Part shown: in pieces, positions 8,893-18,986 of the stretch
Numbering within the stretch: the first letter of the stretch is position 1
How the letters are laid out: each line of letters opens with the position of its first letter
Assembly (NCBI GenBank): GCA_043803945.1
Contig: JAZDJN010000027.1
Span: forward strand, 1-64,000
Direction of reading: 5' to 3'
Origin: a bacterium
GTDB lineage: Bacteria; Bacteroidota; Ignavibacteria; UBA10030
Length of the DNA stretch: 64,000 bases
Notes under the pieces: generated by a model
What the model saw: the letters and a program-made list of their open reading frames with translations, nothing else
What the model was told of the DNA's origin: nothing
Database searches by the model: none
Translations under genes and position numbers: made by a program

Positions 8893-10431
8893 ATGATTAT
8901 TGTAATGCGATTTTTCGTTCTCCTCCTTTTGTTTTGTCTGCCGCTTTCACAGTGCTTGCCGGCACGGTTCTATGTCGCACCGACGGGGCTCGACACAAAT
9001 CCCGGTACATTTGAACAACCCTTTGCGACGATCACGAAAGCGGTCGCACTTTCTACCTCTGTGCTGCGGCCCGGCGACACCATCTATGTAAGAGGCGGCC
9101 AGTACATCTGCACTGCAACGATCTCTATCTCCAAGAGCGGCACTGATTCATTACGCTACCAGCTTCTCGCGTATCCCGGAGAACGTCCACTCCTCGACTT
9201 TTCTTCAATGTCCCGGGACAGTAAAAGTCGAGGTATGTCTCTGAGCGGCAGATATTGGCATGTCAGCGGTCTGGATATTAAATTTGCTGCTGATAATGGT
9301 ATGTACATCCAAGGTTCGAATAACATTATTGAATATTGTTCTTTCTCCGAGAATATGGACACGGGATTGCAGCTCGATAACGGTGCATCGAATAACCGGA
9401 TCATCAATTGCGATTCTTACTATAATGTCGATATCACTCAAGGAGATGCTGATGGCTTTGCACCGAAATTGGGTGTAGGAACGGGTAATTATTTTTATGG
9501 CTGCCGTGCCTGGCAAAACTCCGACGACGGCTGGGATGGCTATATGCGCACTGCCAACGATGTCTCAACCACGCTGGAAAACTGCTGGTGTTTTAAAAAT
9601 GGGTATCTCAAGAATAGTTCGCCAAGCACCGGTAATGGGAACGGTTATAAAATGGGAGGCAGCGATACCAAAGTTCTCATTCATAACTTCCTGCTTATCC
9701 GGTGCCTTGCCTTTGATAATCGGGTGAAAGGTTTTGACCAGAATAATAATCGCGGATCGATGACACTCTACAATTGCACCGGCTATCGCAATGGTACCAA
9801 CTATCAGATTGCCGACACGCTCGCGTACTCAAAAGGGAAGGTGCTGACGGTAAAGAACTGCGTTGCGCTCGGTACGTATGGCACACTGAGGAGCGGATCA
9901 ATTCAACAGACGAACAGTTGGATGTCCCCATTCTCCACAGTCACAGCGGCAGATTTTTTGAGTATCGATACTCTCGGGATGAGAGGGCCCCGTAAGCCCG
10001 ATGGCAGTTTACCGGATGTCCGATTTCTTTTCCCTGCACCTGGCAGTCAACTGATCGATGCCGGCACGGACCTGGGAATGCCATTTAATGGTAAAGCTCC
10101 AGACCTGGGGGCTTTTGAGACAGGAGGGAGTACCACGGAAATTCTACAGGAGAATTCCACACCTCCCCCTTCAGCACTACTTCTCCAATGCTATCCAAAT
10201 CCTTTCAATTCTTCTACGACTATATCGTTCACAGTACCTCAAACTTCATATGTCTCTTTAACCATATTCAATTCGCTCGGTCAGGTTATTGCGCAACTGG
10301 TGGATGAAGAAAAAGGAGCAGGTGAATACCTGATTCACTGGGATGCAGGTTCAATCGCGAGCGGTGTTTATTTTTCGCGTCTCTCTGCTGATGGTCATAC
10401 AGCGACTAAGAAGATGATCCTGATGCGGTAA
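8893..10431 (+). CDS. Polysaccharide lyase family 9 (pectate lyase L-like) with T9SS sorting domain
   Basis: DADGFAPK, CRAWQNSDDGWD, GNGNGYKMGG, APDLGAFE; YPNPFN sorting domain. Confidence 0.9.
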   Translation: MIIVMRFFVLLLLFCLPLSQCLPARFYVAPTGLDTNPGTFEQPFATITKAVALSTSVLRPGDTIYVRGGQYICTATISISKSGTDSLRYQLLAYPGERPLLDFSSMSRDSKSRGMSLSGRYWHVSGLDIKFAADNGMYIQGSNNIIEYCSFSENMDTGLQLDNGASNNRIINCDSYYNVDITQGDADGFAPKLGVGTGNYFYGCRAWQNSDDGWDGYMRTANDVSTTLENCWCFKNGYLKNSSPSTGNGNGYKMGGSDTKVLIHNFLLIRCLAFDNRVKGFDQNNNRGSMTLYNCTGYRNGTNYQIADTLAYSKGKVLTVKNCVALGTYGTLRSGSIQQTNSWMSPFSTVTAADFLSIDTLGMRGPRKPDGSLPDVRFLFPAPGSQLIDAGTDLGMPFNGKAPDLGAFETGGSTTEILQENSTPPPSALLLQCYPNPFNSSTTISFTVPQTSYVSLTIFNSLGQVIAQLVDEEKGAGEYLIHWDAGSIASGVYFSRLSADGHTATKKMILMR

Positions 10432-10540
10432 ACCTCCAAGACCTTCGGAAGGTTTTAACTGCTGGGAGGGAGCTCCCGCCAAACAACGGCGGGACAAGCC
10501 CTGCTCCCGACCAGCGCGGAATAAATTAAAACAAGAAAAA

Positions 10541-10688
10541 ATCAGTGTTCCCAAAATGCTTCAGTTTGGGATCTGCTACGCGGAATTAACATGTAGCGTT
10601 TAATTGATCCCCCCGATATAAAGCATCCCGAAATAAAGCATCGGCACAGGTCGGGGCAAGCCGACAGAAGCACTCGGGGAACACTGAT
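10541..10688. repeat. REP/REPIN-like family A unit with doubly nested hairpin insertion
   Basis: 12-bp perfect terminal IR ATCAGTGTTCCC/GGGAACACTGAT; inserts at 10611-10660 and 10627-10650. Confidence 0.85.
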
Positions 10689-10867
10689 GGGTGGAGGAAA
10701 TTTATCCCTTCGTCACTAAATACCGCAAGTCATCTCAAAGTGCTTGACGCTTTGCTCGAAAAGATTAATTTAACCGATAGATTGCTTCTTGACACAAAGA
10801 TTATCGTGTTTGTTGCACTGCTTGACGGAAGTTGTACGGCCGGTGATATACTAGAGAGGACTAGTTG

Positions 10868-11623
10868 ATGAGAACGATGATTTTCCGTTTTTCCCTCGAT
10901 TTCATAATTCTCCTGATGTTTACTGCTTGCAGGGAAGGAGTAGTGTTGCCTCAGACCGTTGATGAGCTGTCGAATTCCACACGTGTGAATTCCACAGCGT
11001 TCCAGTTTGTCATCTACGGTGACGTCAGCAGCAGCCAGGTGTCGGGAGTCTATGAAGCATTGGTATCAAACAATGAGAGGATAAAAAAACATCTTCATGT
11101 AACCGACATGCCTCAGGTGAAAATCTCTCTCTGGTCGGAAGCTCAAAGCAGCGATTTCTACAGCCAGATGAAATCCCGAATCGGTCAGATCTACCCCGGA
11201 GCCACGGGCTACACTCCCAGTGCGAGAGAGATCTGCCTGCTTTGGAATTCTTCCGCTCCCACTGGAGTAGTGCATGAATATGCTCATCTCGTATCGATTG
11301 CTCTCAGGCCGACGATTGGTAATAATCCCCGCTGGTTGTGGGAGGCAATAGCTCAGTATGAAGCGAGAATGTTCGACCATCCATCACGCTGGTCTTTAGA
11401 GCAACGAAAGTTTCCCGGCTTTTCAGCACTCAATCAGTTCAACTCGGAGTTACCTTATCGCTGGGGATATTATCTCGCGGCATTCATCCTTGAGCGCTGG
11501 GGGGATGACGGATATATTAATCTCATCCTGACCAACGGAAATATTTCCAATTCGCTTGGCGCGACGGAGAAGGAATTTGGAATTCTCATGGAAGAGTATA
11601 TCAAGCGGCTTGTGAATTCATGA
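10868..11623 (+). CDS. Lipoprotein zinc metallopeptidase (gluzincin/MA-like)
   Basis: Lipobox FTAC; HEYAH followed by PRWLWEAIA. Confidence 0.75.
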   Translation: MRTMIFRFSLDFIILLMFTACREGVVLPQTVDELSNSTRVNSTAFQFVIYGDVSSSQVSGVYEALVSNNERIKKHLHVTDMPQVKISLWSEAQSSDFYSQMKSRIGQIYPGATGYTPSAREICLLWNSSAPTGVVHEYAHLVSIALRPTIGNNPRWLWEAIAQYEARMFDHPSRWSLEQRKFPGFSALNQFNSELPYRWGYYLAAFILERWGDDGYINLILTNGNISNSLGATEKEFGILMEEYIKRLVNS

Positions 11624-11684
11624 AAGGGAGGAGACGACGGTCCAAATCTGCTAAACCTTCAACTTGAAACCTGTAATTACTTTG

Positions 11685-12512
11685 CTATTGCAGGTACACC
11701 TGATAATTCCGTTGGGCTTGCGCACTGAAGTAACCCAAAGCGTTATTTGAGAGATTGGATTTTGGATTGAAGTCTTTGATTTTAAAAAAGTCGGACACTT
11801 CGATGTCGCCTTCGCCTATAATCTCTCTGAGTGAATGGAAATACTCATAAGTTGCCTTGTCAATAGAGATCAGCTCAATACGAATTACATTGCCGGTTGG
11901 AGAAAACGAAGGGCTGTTGACAATTACCTGCTGACCGTCAGAATATTTATCGCTGTAGAGTGTCCAATAGAATGAAGTGCTGTTCTGGTTGTACGCTTTG
12001 ATCAGGCAGTATTCTTCAACCCCCGGTTTGTTTGTGAGATAATATTGAAGTTTGGTCTCACTGAAAAATCCCCAAAATGTATTGACATCAGTGTGTTTGA
12101 TGGAATCCATCGTCATTGGCGACGGCATGTTTGAAACGGCAGTGTACTGCATACCGTTTACCTCGACTCTTAGAGTATAGATCCGCGGGGCAATCGGGTA
12201 CGTTTTGGCAGGGAGATAGAGTCCAGGTTGTGTTTCAGCGAGAGTCTCGCTATTGCCGGCATCATCGCTTATGGTGACCTGCGCTCCGCGAATATCTTTT
12301 GGCTGCGACTTTTGGAAGATACTTTCGGTCATGCTGATCTTGATCTTGTTCAGAGTGTGATTATCCGAGAGAACACCCTCGATAACAATTTGGTCGTGAA
12401 CCTCATCGAGATCGATGTCGATTACTTCCTCGCAGGAGAGAAAGAGGAGCGAAATCAGCAGAATGGCGGCGTGCCGGAATGATTTCGAACGGCCTCTTCG
12501 AATTGTTCCCAT
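11685..12512 (-). CDS. DUF4249-family outer-membrane lipoprotein
   Basis: LSCEEVIDIDL, IVIEG, PKSNLSNNALGYF; directly downstream of a TonB receptor. Confidence 0.85.
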   Translation of the reverse strand: MGTIRRGRSKSFRHAAILLISLLFLSCEEVIDIDLDEVHDQIVIEGVLSDNHTLNKIKISMTESIFQKSQPKDIRGAQVTISDDAGNSETLAETQPGLYLPAKTYPIAPRIYTLRVEVNGMQYTAVSNMPSPMTMDSIKHTDVNTFWGFFSETKLQYYLTNKPGVEEYCLIKAYNQNSTSFYWTLYSDKYSDGQQVIVNSPSFSPTGNVIRIELISIDKATYEYFHSLREIIGEGDIEVSDFFKIKDFNPKSNLSNNALGYFSAQAQRNYQVYLQ

Positions 12513-12519
12513 AGTTCTT

Positions 12520-15150
12520 CTACAAAGTAAATGTGTAGCTGAGCGATGGAATCATAGGGAATAACGAAAGTTTTACTGCTTCCTTCATACCCGGTTGATT
12601 AGATTTATCGCGGAAGAGCACAGTATAAATGTTCCGCCTTCCAAGCGCGTTATAAAAATTCAGGCTCCAAATTCCCCCGCCATCGGTGATGTAGGTAACC
12701 CCCAGATCGAGGCGATGATACGAGGGGAGGCGGTATCCATTCCGTTCTGTGTATGCCAGCACCTCTTTGCCAAACACAGAATACCTGCCATAGGGCAATG
12801 TTATGTTAAATCCGGAGGCGTAAATAGAATTTGCCGAGAATGACCAATGATCGCTCACTTTGTATTGAGCAACAATATTCAGTTCGTGGGTCTTGTCGTT
12901 CGCGGCAAAGTAGGGCTGACCTCCATTGATTTGCTCAAACTCTCGTTTCGATGTCGAGAGCGTGTAGGCAATCCAACCTGTCAGGTTTCCGGAATTCTTT
13001 TTTACAAGAAGTTCTGTACCGTACGCCCATCCCTTGCCGAAGACTAATTCAGAGTCGAAGTAATTCTTAAAAAGAAAATTCGCTCCATCTTTGTAATCAA
13101 TCTGGTTTCTGAGATCTTTGTAGTAGATCTCCGCTGAAAGTTCGCATGTGTTATCAAGAACAGATCTGACATAGCCCATTGAGATTTGATCGGAGATTTG
13201 CGGCTTGATGGCGGAGCTGCTGGGCTGCCAGATATCGAGTGGAGTGCCGGAATTCGAATTGCTGAGCATGTGTAAATATTGGAAATTTCTGGCATAACCA
13301 GCTTTTATAGAACTGAATTCGTCCAGCGTGAATGTAGCACTAATTCTGGGCTGGAGATTGGCGTACGTCTGATCTTCTTTGCGATGGAAATCGATATACA
13401 ATTCGCCTGCATCCTCGATATCGAAATTATCCGCTTCTCCCGCAACAGTAAAAAGACTTGCACGAATACCATATTCCAGTTTGATGTTATCATTCCAGGT
13501 GTGCTCGTGAGAGGCATAGGTATTAAACTCGTTCGCGGTCTTTTTCCCAATGGTAAATTTGTAATTCGCACTTCCCATCACGGAAAACTGAGCAGGGAGA
13601 AATGAGTGATGGATATAGTTAAGGCCAAAGCCGAAGGTGTTCTGTGCATCCTGAAAATATTCGAAGTCTTCCTTCAATGCGATATTGGAGACTTCGGAGA
13701 TCCACTCTACATGATCGTCATCCTGGGCTTCTCCGCCGGCGTCGAGTTGATACTTAAAATTACTGAGGATGAGCGAGGAATTCAGGAAGAGTTTATTGCT
13801 GAACAAGTGATTCCATCGTACTGTGCCGGTTGAATTGCCCCAGTTCATATCGAACGCATCCGAAAATCCTATGCCGTCTCTTCCGAAGTACCCCGAGAGA
13901 TAGACTCTGTCTCTCTCATTGATTTTATAATTCACTTTCGCGTTGAGATCATAAAAATGGAACTTCGCATCGCTCGCATCGCTTGAGAGCGCTGTGAAAA
14001 AATCGAAGTACGTGCGCCTGCCGGAAATCAGGAAAGAGGCTTTGTCGTTCAGGATGGGCCCCTCCAGCATCAGCCGGGAAAAGATAAGGCCGATGCCGGC
14101 TGTCCCGTTGAACTCTTTCATGTTCCCCTCCTTCATTTGCATGTCGATCACGGAAGAGACTCTGCCGCCATACTTTGCCGGAGCGGTACCCTTCATCATT
14201 CGTACATTGCGAATCGCATCGGAATTGAAGATGGAGAAGAGGCCGAAGGTATGGAATGGACTGTAGATGGTAGCTTCATCGAGCAGGAGGAGATTTTGAT
14301 CGGCATTGCCGCCGCGGACATAGATGCCGCAATCGCCTTCACGCGGATTGCTCACTCCGGGCAGCAGTTGGAGAATCTTCAGCAGGTCTTGCTCACCGAG
14401 GAGCAATGGGATGGTACTGAGTTGACTTGGATTCAATTGCACAGTTCCAAGCCGGGGTGAGCGAGGGGAGAGTTCTTCGAACTCCGCAACGACAACAACG
14501 GTATCGATCTTAATGGAGGAACTTTGTAAATGAACATTGTTTGTGACATCGGATTCCAGTTCAATCAATACCTCCGAAGTGATATAGCCCATGTACCTGA
14601 ACTGAACAATATAATTACCCGGGGAGAGTGTGATTGAATAAAAACCGTATGCATTGGCTGTCGTACCGAGAGTAAGGTCTCGCAAGTAGACTGTAGCGCC
14701 CAACAGCGCTTCTCCGCTTTCTGCATCTGTAATGTAACCGCTCATCGTGAACGACTCTCCCAAAGCTGCACCGGAGCGGCTTTTCTTTTTCACGAGGATC
14801 ACCTGGTTCTTGTTCATCACGATAATATCGATGCTTTCGTCGTGCAGGATTTCCTTTAGTACGAGGAAAGCCGGTTGATGATCCATGGAGAGCGTCACCG
14901 TGGTTTCTTTATTCAGGAGGTTCTCGTTATAATTTAATTTGAATTGGCCTTTCTCTGCAACAGTGTGCAGGGCTTCTTTCAAGGGTACGTTCTTGAACTG
15001 AACAGAAATTGAATCTAACAAAGCCAGCGGCACCTGTACATTCCTTGAGTCAACGATGGGGTGCTGTTGCCCGATCATCGTAGAAGTTCCTGCAACCAGA
15101 ACAAGGAAAAGTATCCAGCATTGTCTCGGTATGTTGATTTGGATTTCCAT
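12520..15150 (-). CDS. TonB-dependent transducer (N-terminal STN-like signalling domain, CarboxypepD-like domain, plug, barrel)
   Basis: GYITDAESGEALLGA, LLPGV, VRGGNADQN, AKYGGRVSSV, RLPSYHRLD, C-terminal YTFTL. Confidence 0.93.
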   Translation of the reverse strand: MEIQINIPRQCWILFLVLVAGTSTMIGQQHPIVDSRNVQVPLALLDSISVQFKNVPLKEALHTVAEKGQFKLNYNENLLNKETTVTLSMDHQPAFLVLKEILHDESIDIIVMNKNQVILVKKKSRSGAALGESFTMSGYITDAESGEALLGATVYLRDLTLGTTANAYGFYSITLSPGNYIVQFRYMGYITSEVLIELESDVTNNVHLQSSSIKIDTVVVVAEFEELSPRSPRLGTVQLNPSQLSTIPLLLGEQDLLKILQLLPGVSNPREGDCGIYVRGGNADQNLLLLDEATIYSPFHTFGLFSIFNSDAIRNVRMMKGTAPAKYGGRVSSVIDMQMKEGNMKEFNGTAGIGLIFSRLMLEGPILNDKASFLISGRRTYFDFFTALSSDASDAKFHFYDLNAKVNYKINERDRVYLSGYFGRDGIGFSDAFDMNWGNSTGTVRWNHLFSNKLFLNSSLILSNFKYQLDAGGEAQDDDHVEWISEVSNIALKEDFEYFQDAQNTFGFGLNYIHHSFLPAQFSVMGSANYKFTIGKKTANEFNTYASHEHTWNDNIKLEYGIRASLFTVAGEADNFDIEDAGELYIDFHRKEDQTYANLQPRISATFTLDEFSSIKAGYARNFQYLHMLSNSNSGTPLDIWQPSSSAIKPQISDQISMGYVRSVLDNTCELSAEIYYKDLRNQIDYKDGANFLFKNYFDSELVFGKGWAYGTELLVKKNSGNLTGWIAYTLSTSKREFEQINGGQPYFAANDKTHELNIVAQYKVSDHWSFSANSIYASGFNITLPYGRYSVFGKEVLAYTERNGYRLPSYHRLDLGVTYITDGGGIWSLNFYNALGRRNIYTVLFRDKSNQPGMKEAVKLSLFPMIPSLSYTFTL

Positions 15151-15174
15151 TCGGATATACCGATAAGAGAAGAC

Positions 15175-15930
15175 TCAGTTCACTTTCTGAATGATTGAAC
15201 CGCCGCTGATCGTTGTTCTGCGGATGACAGGATTTCCTTTATATTTAAGAATCGATCCTCCGCTCAATGTCAGATCGAGAATATCGGAGACCTGAATATT
15301 GCTGATGCTTCCGCCGCTGAGTGAGACATCGCAATTCTTCACAGGAAAATTGAAGAGATTGAACACTGTGCCGCCGCTTCCATATAATCGCATTTCGCTT
15401 GCACTACCAGTCAAGTCGACGACGCTCGCACCGGTTAAATTAAAGTTTACTTCCGTCGCTGTCAAATATCCTCTAATCACACTTGCCCCGGAGGATACGA
15501 TGTCTATTCCGTTGTTAAGGTCGAATCCTTCCAATGTCACGGAAGCTGCACCGTTAATATTGAGAGAGGAGAGATCGGGTGATTCGATTGTGACGTCGAA
15601 TGTGATATTTTTATAGCTCTTGTTATCCAATCCAATCGATACTTCATTGGACGATTGATAGGCGTTCATGTATTTCTCAATATTATCGTCGAGTGCAATC
15701 TGTATCGAGTACGTAGAGCTTTTCCTTATCTTGGCCTTTGCAGAATTATTCAAGAGGATCTTTGAAAAATTCTTAAATGGGAATGTGGCCGTGATGATCT
15801 TCCCGGAGCCGATAATGGCATCCCGATCGTTGTCATTATCGGGCCCGTTCATCGAATCAATTACTATGCAGCCTGTGAAGGAGAGAATCAGGGTGGTCAG
15901 TATTGTGAGGCTAAAAGTTCGATAGTTCAT
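15175..15930 (-). CDS. DUF2807 (head GIN domain) lipoprotein
   Basis: Lipobox FTGC, GSGKIIT, repeated SGAS/SGGS, YKGNP. Confidence 0.85.
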   Translation of the reverse strand: MNYRTFSLTILTTLILSFTGCIVIDSMNGPDNDNDRDAIIGSGKIITATFPFKNFSKILLNNSAKAKIRKSSTYSIQIALDDNIEKYMNAYQSSNEVSIGLDNKSYKNITFDVTIESPDLSSLNINGAASVTLEGFDLNNGIDIVSSGASVIRGYLTATEVNFNLTGASVVDLTGSASEMRLYGSGGTVFNLFNFPVKNCDVSLSGGSISNIQVSDILDLTLSGGSILKYKGNPVIRRTTISGGSIIQKVN

Positions 15931-15966
15931 TGGTCCTCCGATGAAAAGAAATATGATGGATGTCTA

Positions 15967-16668
15967 CTATTCGCTGATGTGTACTGGAAAAGTGAATCCG
16001 AGATTGATGCTGAATCCTTTACTTTTATAGACTGCATGGTTCAGGATATTCCCGCCTAATATTTCATCCGCAAATTCACCGTTGATTCTTCCACTCTTGA
16101 TAATATTGTTTAAGCCATGGCTGTACCGTGCCTCGAAAGAGAGATCGAGAAATTCGTCAATCTGATACATCAGACCACCGCCCAATTCCAGAGAATATTC
16201 AAGGTCATCCACCAGATCGTTGGCATCGGCTTCAAGTTCGATCTGCGCAAACGGGAGTCCCTGGATCTCTGCCCCTAAGCTGGATGAGAGGTTGATCCCA
16301 AGCGTTGGTCCGAAAAGGATGTACGGCTTAAGCTTATTGCCCACAGAATATTTCACGAGAAGGGGAAGTTCCAGGTATGACAGATTGAATGAGATGGTCG
16401 GAGAGAACACCAGCGTGTGAAATGGGCTCGCGGATGTCTCTTTCTCGATGTATGTCGGATTTAGCAACACTGAGAGATTCCTTGTCAATGGGATATCAAG
16501 AACTGCTCCGAATGTATGCGTAGGTCGACTGACAGCATTTGAATAGTAGAAGTTGCTCTGGTTCGCCTGGGAGAAATGAAATCCCCCGTTGAGTCCAAGA
16601 TGCACTTGCGCCGTGAGTGTATGGAAGACGAAGAGAAATACGATTGGAAGAAATTTTAATCTGGTCAT
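15967..16668 (-). CDS. Outer-membrane beta-barrel (porin family, PorT-like) protein
   Basis: GLNGG, LSYLELPLLVKY, PYILFGP, EARYSHGLNNI. Confidence 0.8.
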   Translation of the reverse strand: MTRLKFLPIVFLFVFHTLTAQVHLGLNGGFHFSQANQSNFYYSNAVSRPTHTFGAVLDIPLTRNLSVLLNPTYIEKETSASPFHTLVFSPTISFNLSYLELPLLVKYSVGNKLKPYILFGPTLGINLSSSLGAEIQGLPFAQIELEADANDLVDDLEYSLELGGGLMYQIDEFLDLSFEARYSHGLNNIIKSGRINGEFADEILGGNILNHAVYKSKGFSINLGFTFPVHISE

Positions 16669-16714
16669 GGCATGTCACCTTTTTTTATCGTTTGTAAGGG
16701 GTTCTTTCTCTTAA

Positions 16715-16741
16715 GACAAACGAGGAAGTGTTTTGGGTGAC
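16715..16741 (-). promoter_or_regulatory. Putative ECF promoter GTCACCC-N16-TGTC upstream of the porin/TonB operon
   Basis: Same bipartite motif and spacing as at 17883-17909. Confidence 0.65.
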
Positions 16742-16815
16742 GAGCGATTGGGAGACTTAATAATATTCTTATCCTGGGATCGAGCTGTCTCATAACGTCC
16801 GGTGAGGGTAGAGAT

Positions 16816-17847
16816 TCATTGAGGCACAAAACGGATTGTGTCTCCATGCTGCTTATAGGTACTACCGAGGAGGATAGAGAGAAGATGCAGGTTATCCTCA
16901 AGGGGTTTATTTTCGATAAAGATCGTAATGCGATTTTGATAGAGTGCACTATCGGCAGCCACGATCTGAATCTGGTACCATCGCTCTAATTGCTGGAAGA
17001 CCTCCTTGATTGGAGTGTTTTGGAAATATTTCTCTTTCTTCATCCATGAAATATAGTTTGAGAAATCAATTTCTGCCGGAGGGGAGAGAGAACCTCCTTC
17101 TCCCAATGTGCTCATGGTGTTTTTCGTTAAATAGACTACCGCCGCCGTATCGGTATTCCCTTCCGTCTGGAACGAAATCCTTCCTTCGTTAACGGCAACA
17201 ACGATGTTCCGGTTTGCCTCCCAGGCACGGATGGCAAATAGTGTTCCGAGAACTTCGATCTTTCCTCCGTTCGCATGGACGATGAAAGGTTTGTCGGCAT
17301 TCTTTGCCGCCTCGAAGTACGCTTCACCCTGCAGATACACCTCTCGGAGATCAGTGTTGTTAAAACTCTGAGGATATGTCAAGGAGCTGCCCGCATCAAC
17401 CGTGATTCTGGATCCATCGGAGAGGACCAAGCTCTGCATAGTGTTTGATGTCAATGTGACTTTTTCGGCATCTCTCTCCGAAATAGAATTCAGATACAGA
17501 TAGAGTGCTCCAAACATTATGATCAGTACAGCAGCAGCGCGTAATGCAGGGGAGTGGAACGGAGTTGCATAGTGCGGCCTCTTCCTTCCAGATTGCGGGA
17601 GATGGAGTATGTTTGTACTCCTCACGGAATCGGTTTGTTCAATTCTGGAGAGGACACTCTTCAATGCCTTTTCAGTATCTGGTTTAGGAACTGCTGAGCG
17701 ATGTTCAAACCAAGCTGCCTTAATGCGATCGTAGAATTTCCGGTTTTCTTCACTCTCGGCAATCCATTCGGCGAGCCGTTGTTCGTCGCTTTCAGATGAA
17801 ACGCCGGTTAAATGATTGATGAGTATGTCCAGGTCAAACGATTTCAT
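16816..17847 (-). CDS. fecR: FecR-family anti-sigma factor
   Basis: LAEWIAESEENR N-terminus, one TM helix, LSDGSRI, REVYLQGEAYF, IEVLGT, LERWY. Confidence 0.92.
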   Translation of the reverse strand: MKSFDLDILINHLTGVSSESDEQRLAEWIAESEENRKFYDRIKAAWFEHRSAVPKPDTEKALKSVLSRIEQTDSVRSTNILHLPQSGRKRPHYATPFHSPALRAAAVLIIMFGALYLYLNSISERDAEKVTLTSNTMQSLVLSDGSRITVDAGSSLTYPQSFNNTDLREVYLQGEAYFEAAKNADKPFIVHANGGKIEVLGTLFAIRAWEANRNIVVAVNEGRISFQTEGNTDTAAVVYLTKNTMSTLGEGGSLSPPAEIDFSNYISWMKKEKYFQNTPIKEVFQQLERWYQIQIVAADSALYQNRITIFIENKPLEDNLHLLSILLGSTYKQHGDTIRFVPQ

Positions 17848-17882
17848 CGAGTCTATGGTGTAAACGTATCCGTTACAGTGAT

Positions 17883-17909
17883 GACAATTATAAGAGTCTA
17901 AAGGGTGAC
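17883..17909 (-). promoter_or_regulatory. Putative ECF promoter GTCACCC-N16-TGTC upstream of fecR
   Basis: Minus strand GTCACCC-TTTAGACTCTTATAAT-TGTC. Confidence 0.65.
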
Positions 17910-17937
17910 AACATGTTATTCCAAAATGAAAAATTTA

Positions 17938-18510
17938 TTACTCTAGCAGAAACAGTATTAAATACAGATGCTGCAACGATTTACTCAACGATTTAATCGC
18001 TCGCTTCAGTTGGGTTTTAACTGTATTGATACTGACCTTTTCTATCTCAGCAATTTCCTGGTAGGAGAGGTTGTCATATTTTGCCATAGAGAATATCTGC
18101 CGGCACTTGGGAGGCAGTTTCTTAATGGCCTTTTCCAGTGCTTCGGCGAGTTCGTTCCGTTCCAATTGTGTGTCTGGCTGGGGATTGGTTGTATCAACTC
18201 GATCCTCTTCAAATTCCAAAGAAGTGAAAAAACTCTGGTGTTTGAGATAGTTCAAGCATGAATTCTTCACCGAGGTATACAGGTAGCTTTTCAGATTGCT
18301 CGTGATTTGCAGGGATTGTCTGACATCCCAGAGTTTCACAAAGAACTCTTGAACGATGTTCTCTGCGGCGCCAGGATCTCGAACATATCGTGCGGCAAAA
18401 TAGTACAGCGGTTCGTAGTACGATCGGAAGAGCTCAGAAAACGACTCAAGATCACCCCGGCGAATGCCTTCAGTGATGTCGTTATCGCTATGTCGAGGAG
18501 AAGCATTCAA
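17938..18510 (-). CDS. ECF sigma-70 factor (Bacteroidota FecI-like)
   Basis: AENIVQEFFVKLW, SYLYTSVKN, LPPKCRQIF, LSYQEIAE, SINTVKTQ. Confidence 0.95.
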   Translation of the reverse strand: MNASPRHSDNDITEGIRRGDLESFSELFRSYYEPLYYFAARYVRDPGAAENIVQEFFVKLWDVRQSLQITSNLKSYLYTSVKNSCLNYLKHQSFFTSLEFEEDRVDTTNPQPDTQLERNELAEALEKAIKKLPPKCRQIFSMAKYDNLSYQEIAEIEKVSINTVKTQLKRAIKSLSKSLQHLYLILFLLE

Positions 18511-18986
18511 AGGCTTACATCAATCTATTGGCCTATCGTGAGAATCGCTACCATCGCTGCGAAAACTATTCGCTCCAATAGAGCGGCGATGGATTGTCCA
18601 ATACTACGGCATTGCTATTCCTAAGATACATCAGGAAATCCTGAAATACTAAAGGGAGGGATTGAATCAACAGTTCAGTAAGATTCCAAGGCGTTTCCCT
18701 ACTAGGTTCACAGAGGCGGAGAGTCTTTTAAGGATTTTAAATATCTTCCAGAAGTAATCTCCTATTCCGTTGCTAGTACAAATTATGTTTTATACTAGCG
18801 GATTTAACAAGGGGAAAATCGAACTTGACATTATCTTTGATTTCAAGTAACCTTGTATGGAGCTAGCTTAAGATTTTTCTGATAGACTATGAGATGTAAT
18901 ACTATCTCAATTCTACTAAATTTCATATGTATTACCCTTTCAATACTGTTTCATTTATAGGTCAAGAATTTTGATCAGAGAAACGT

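Noticed and set aside
18700-18765. Island boundary repeat resembling 5480-5530
   Set aside because: Similarity is short and weak, with no matching copy at the right edge of the AT-rich islet.
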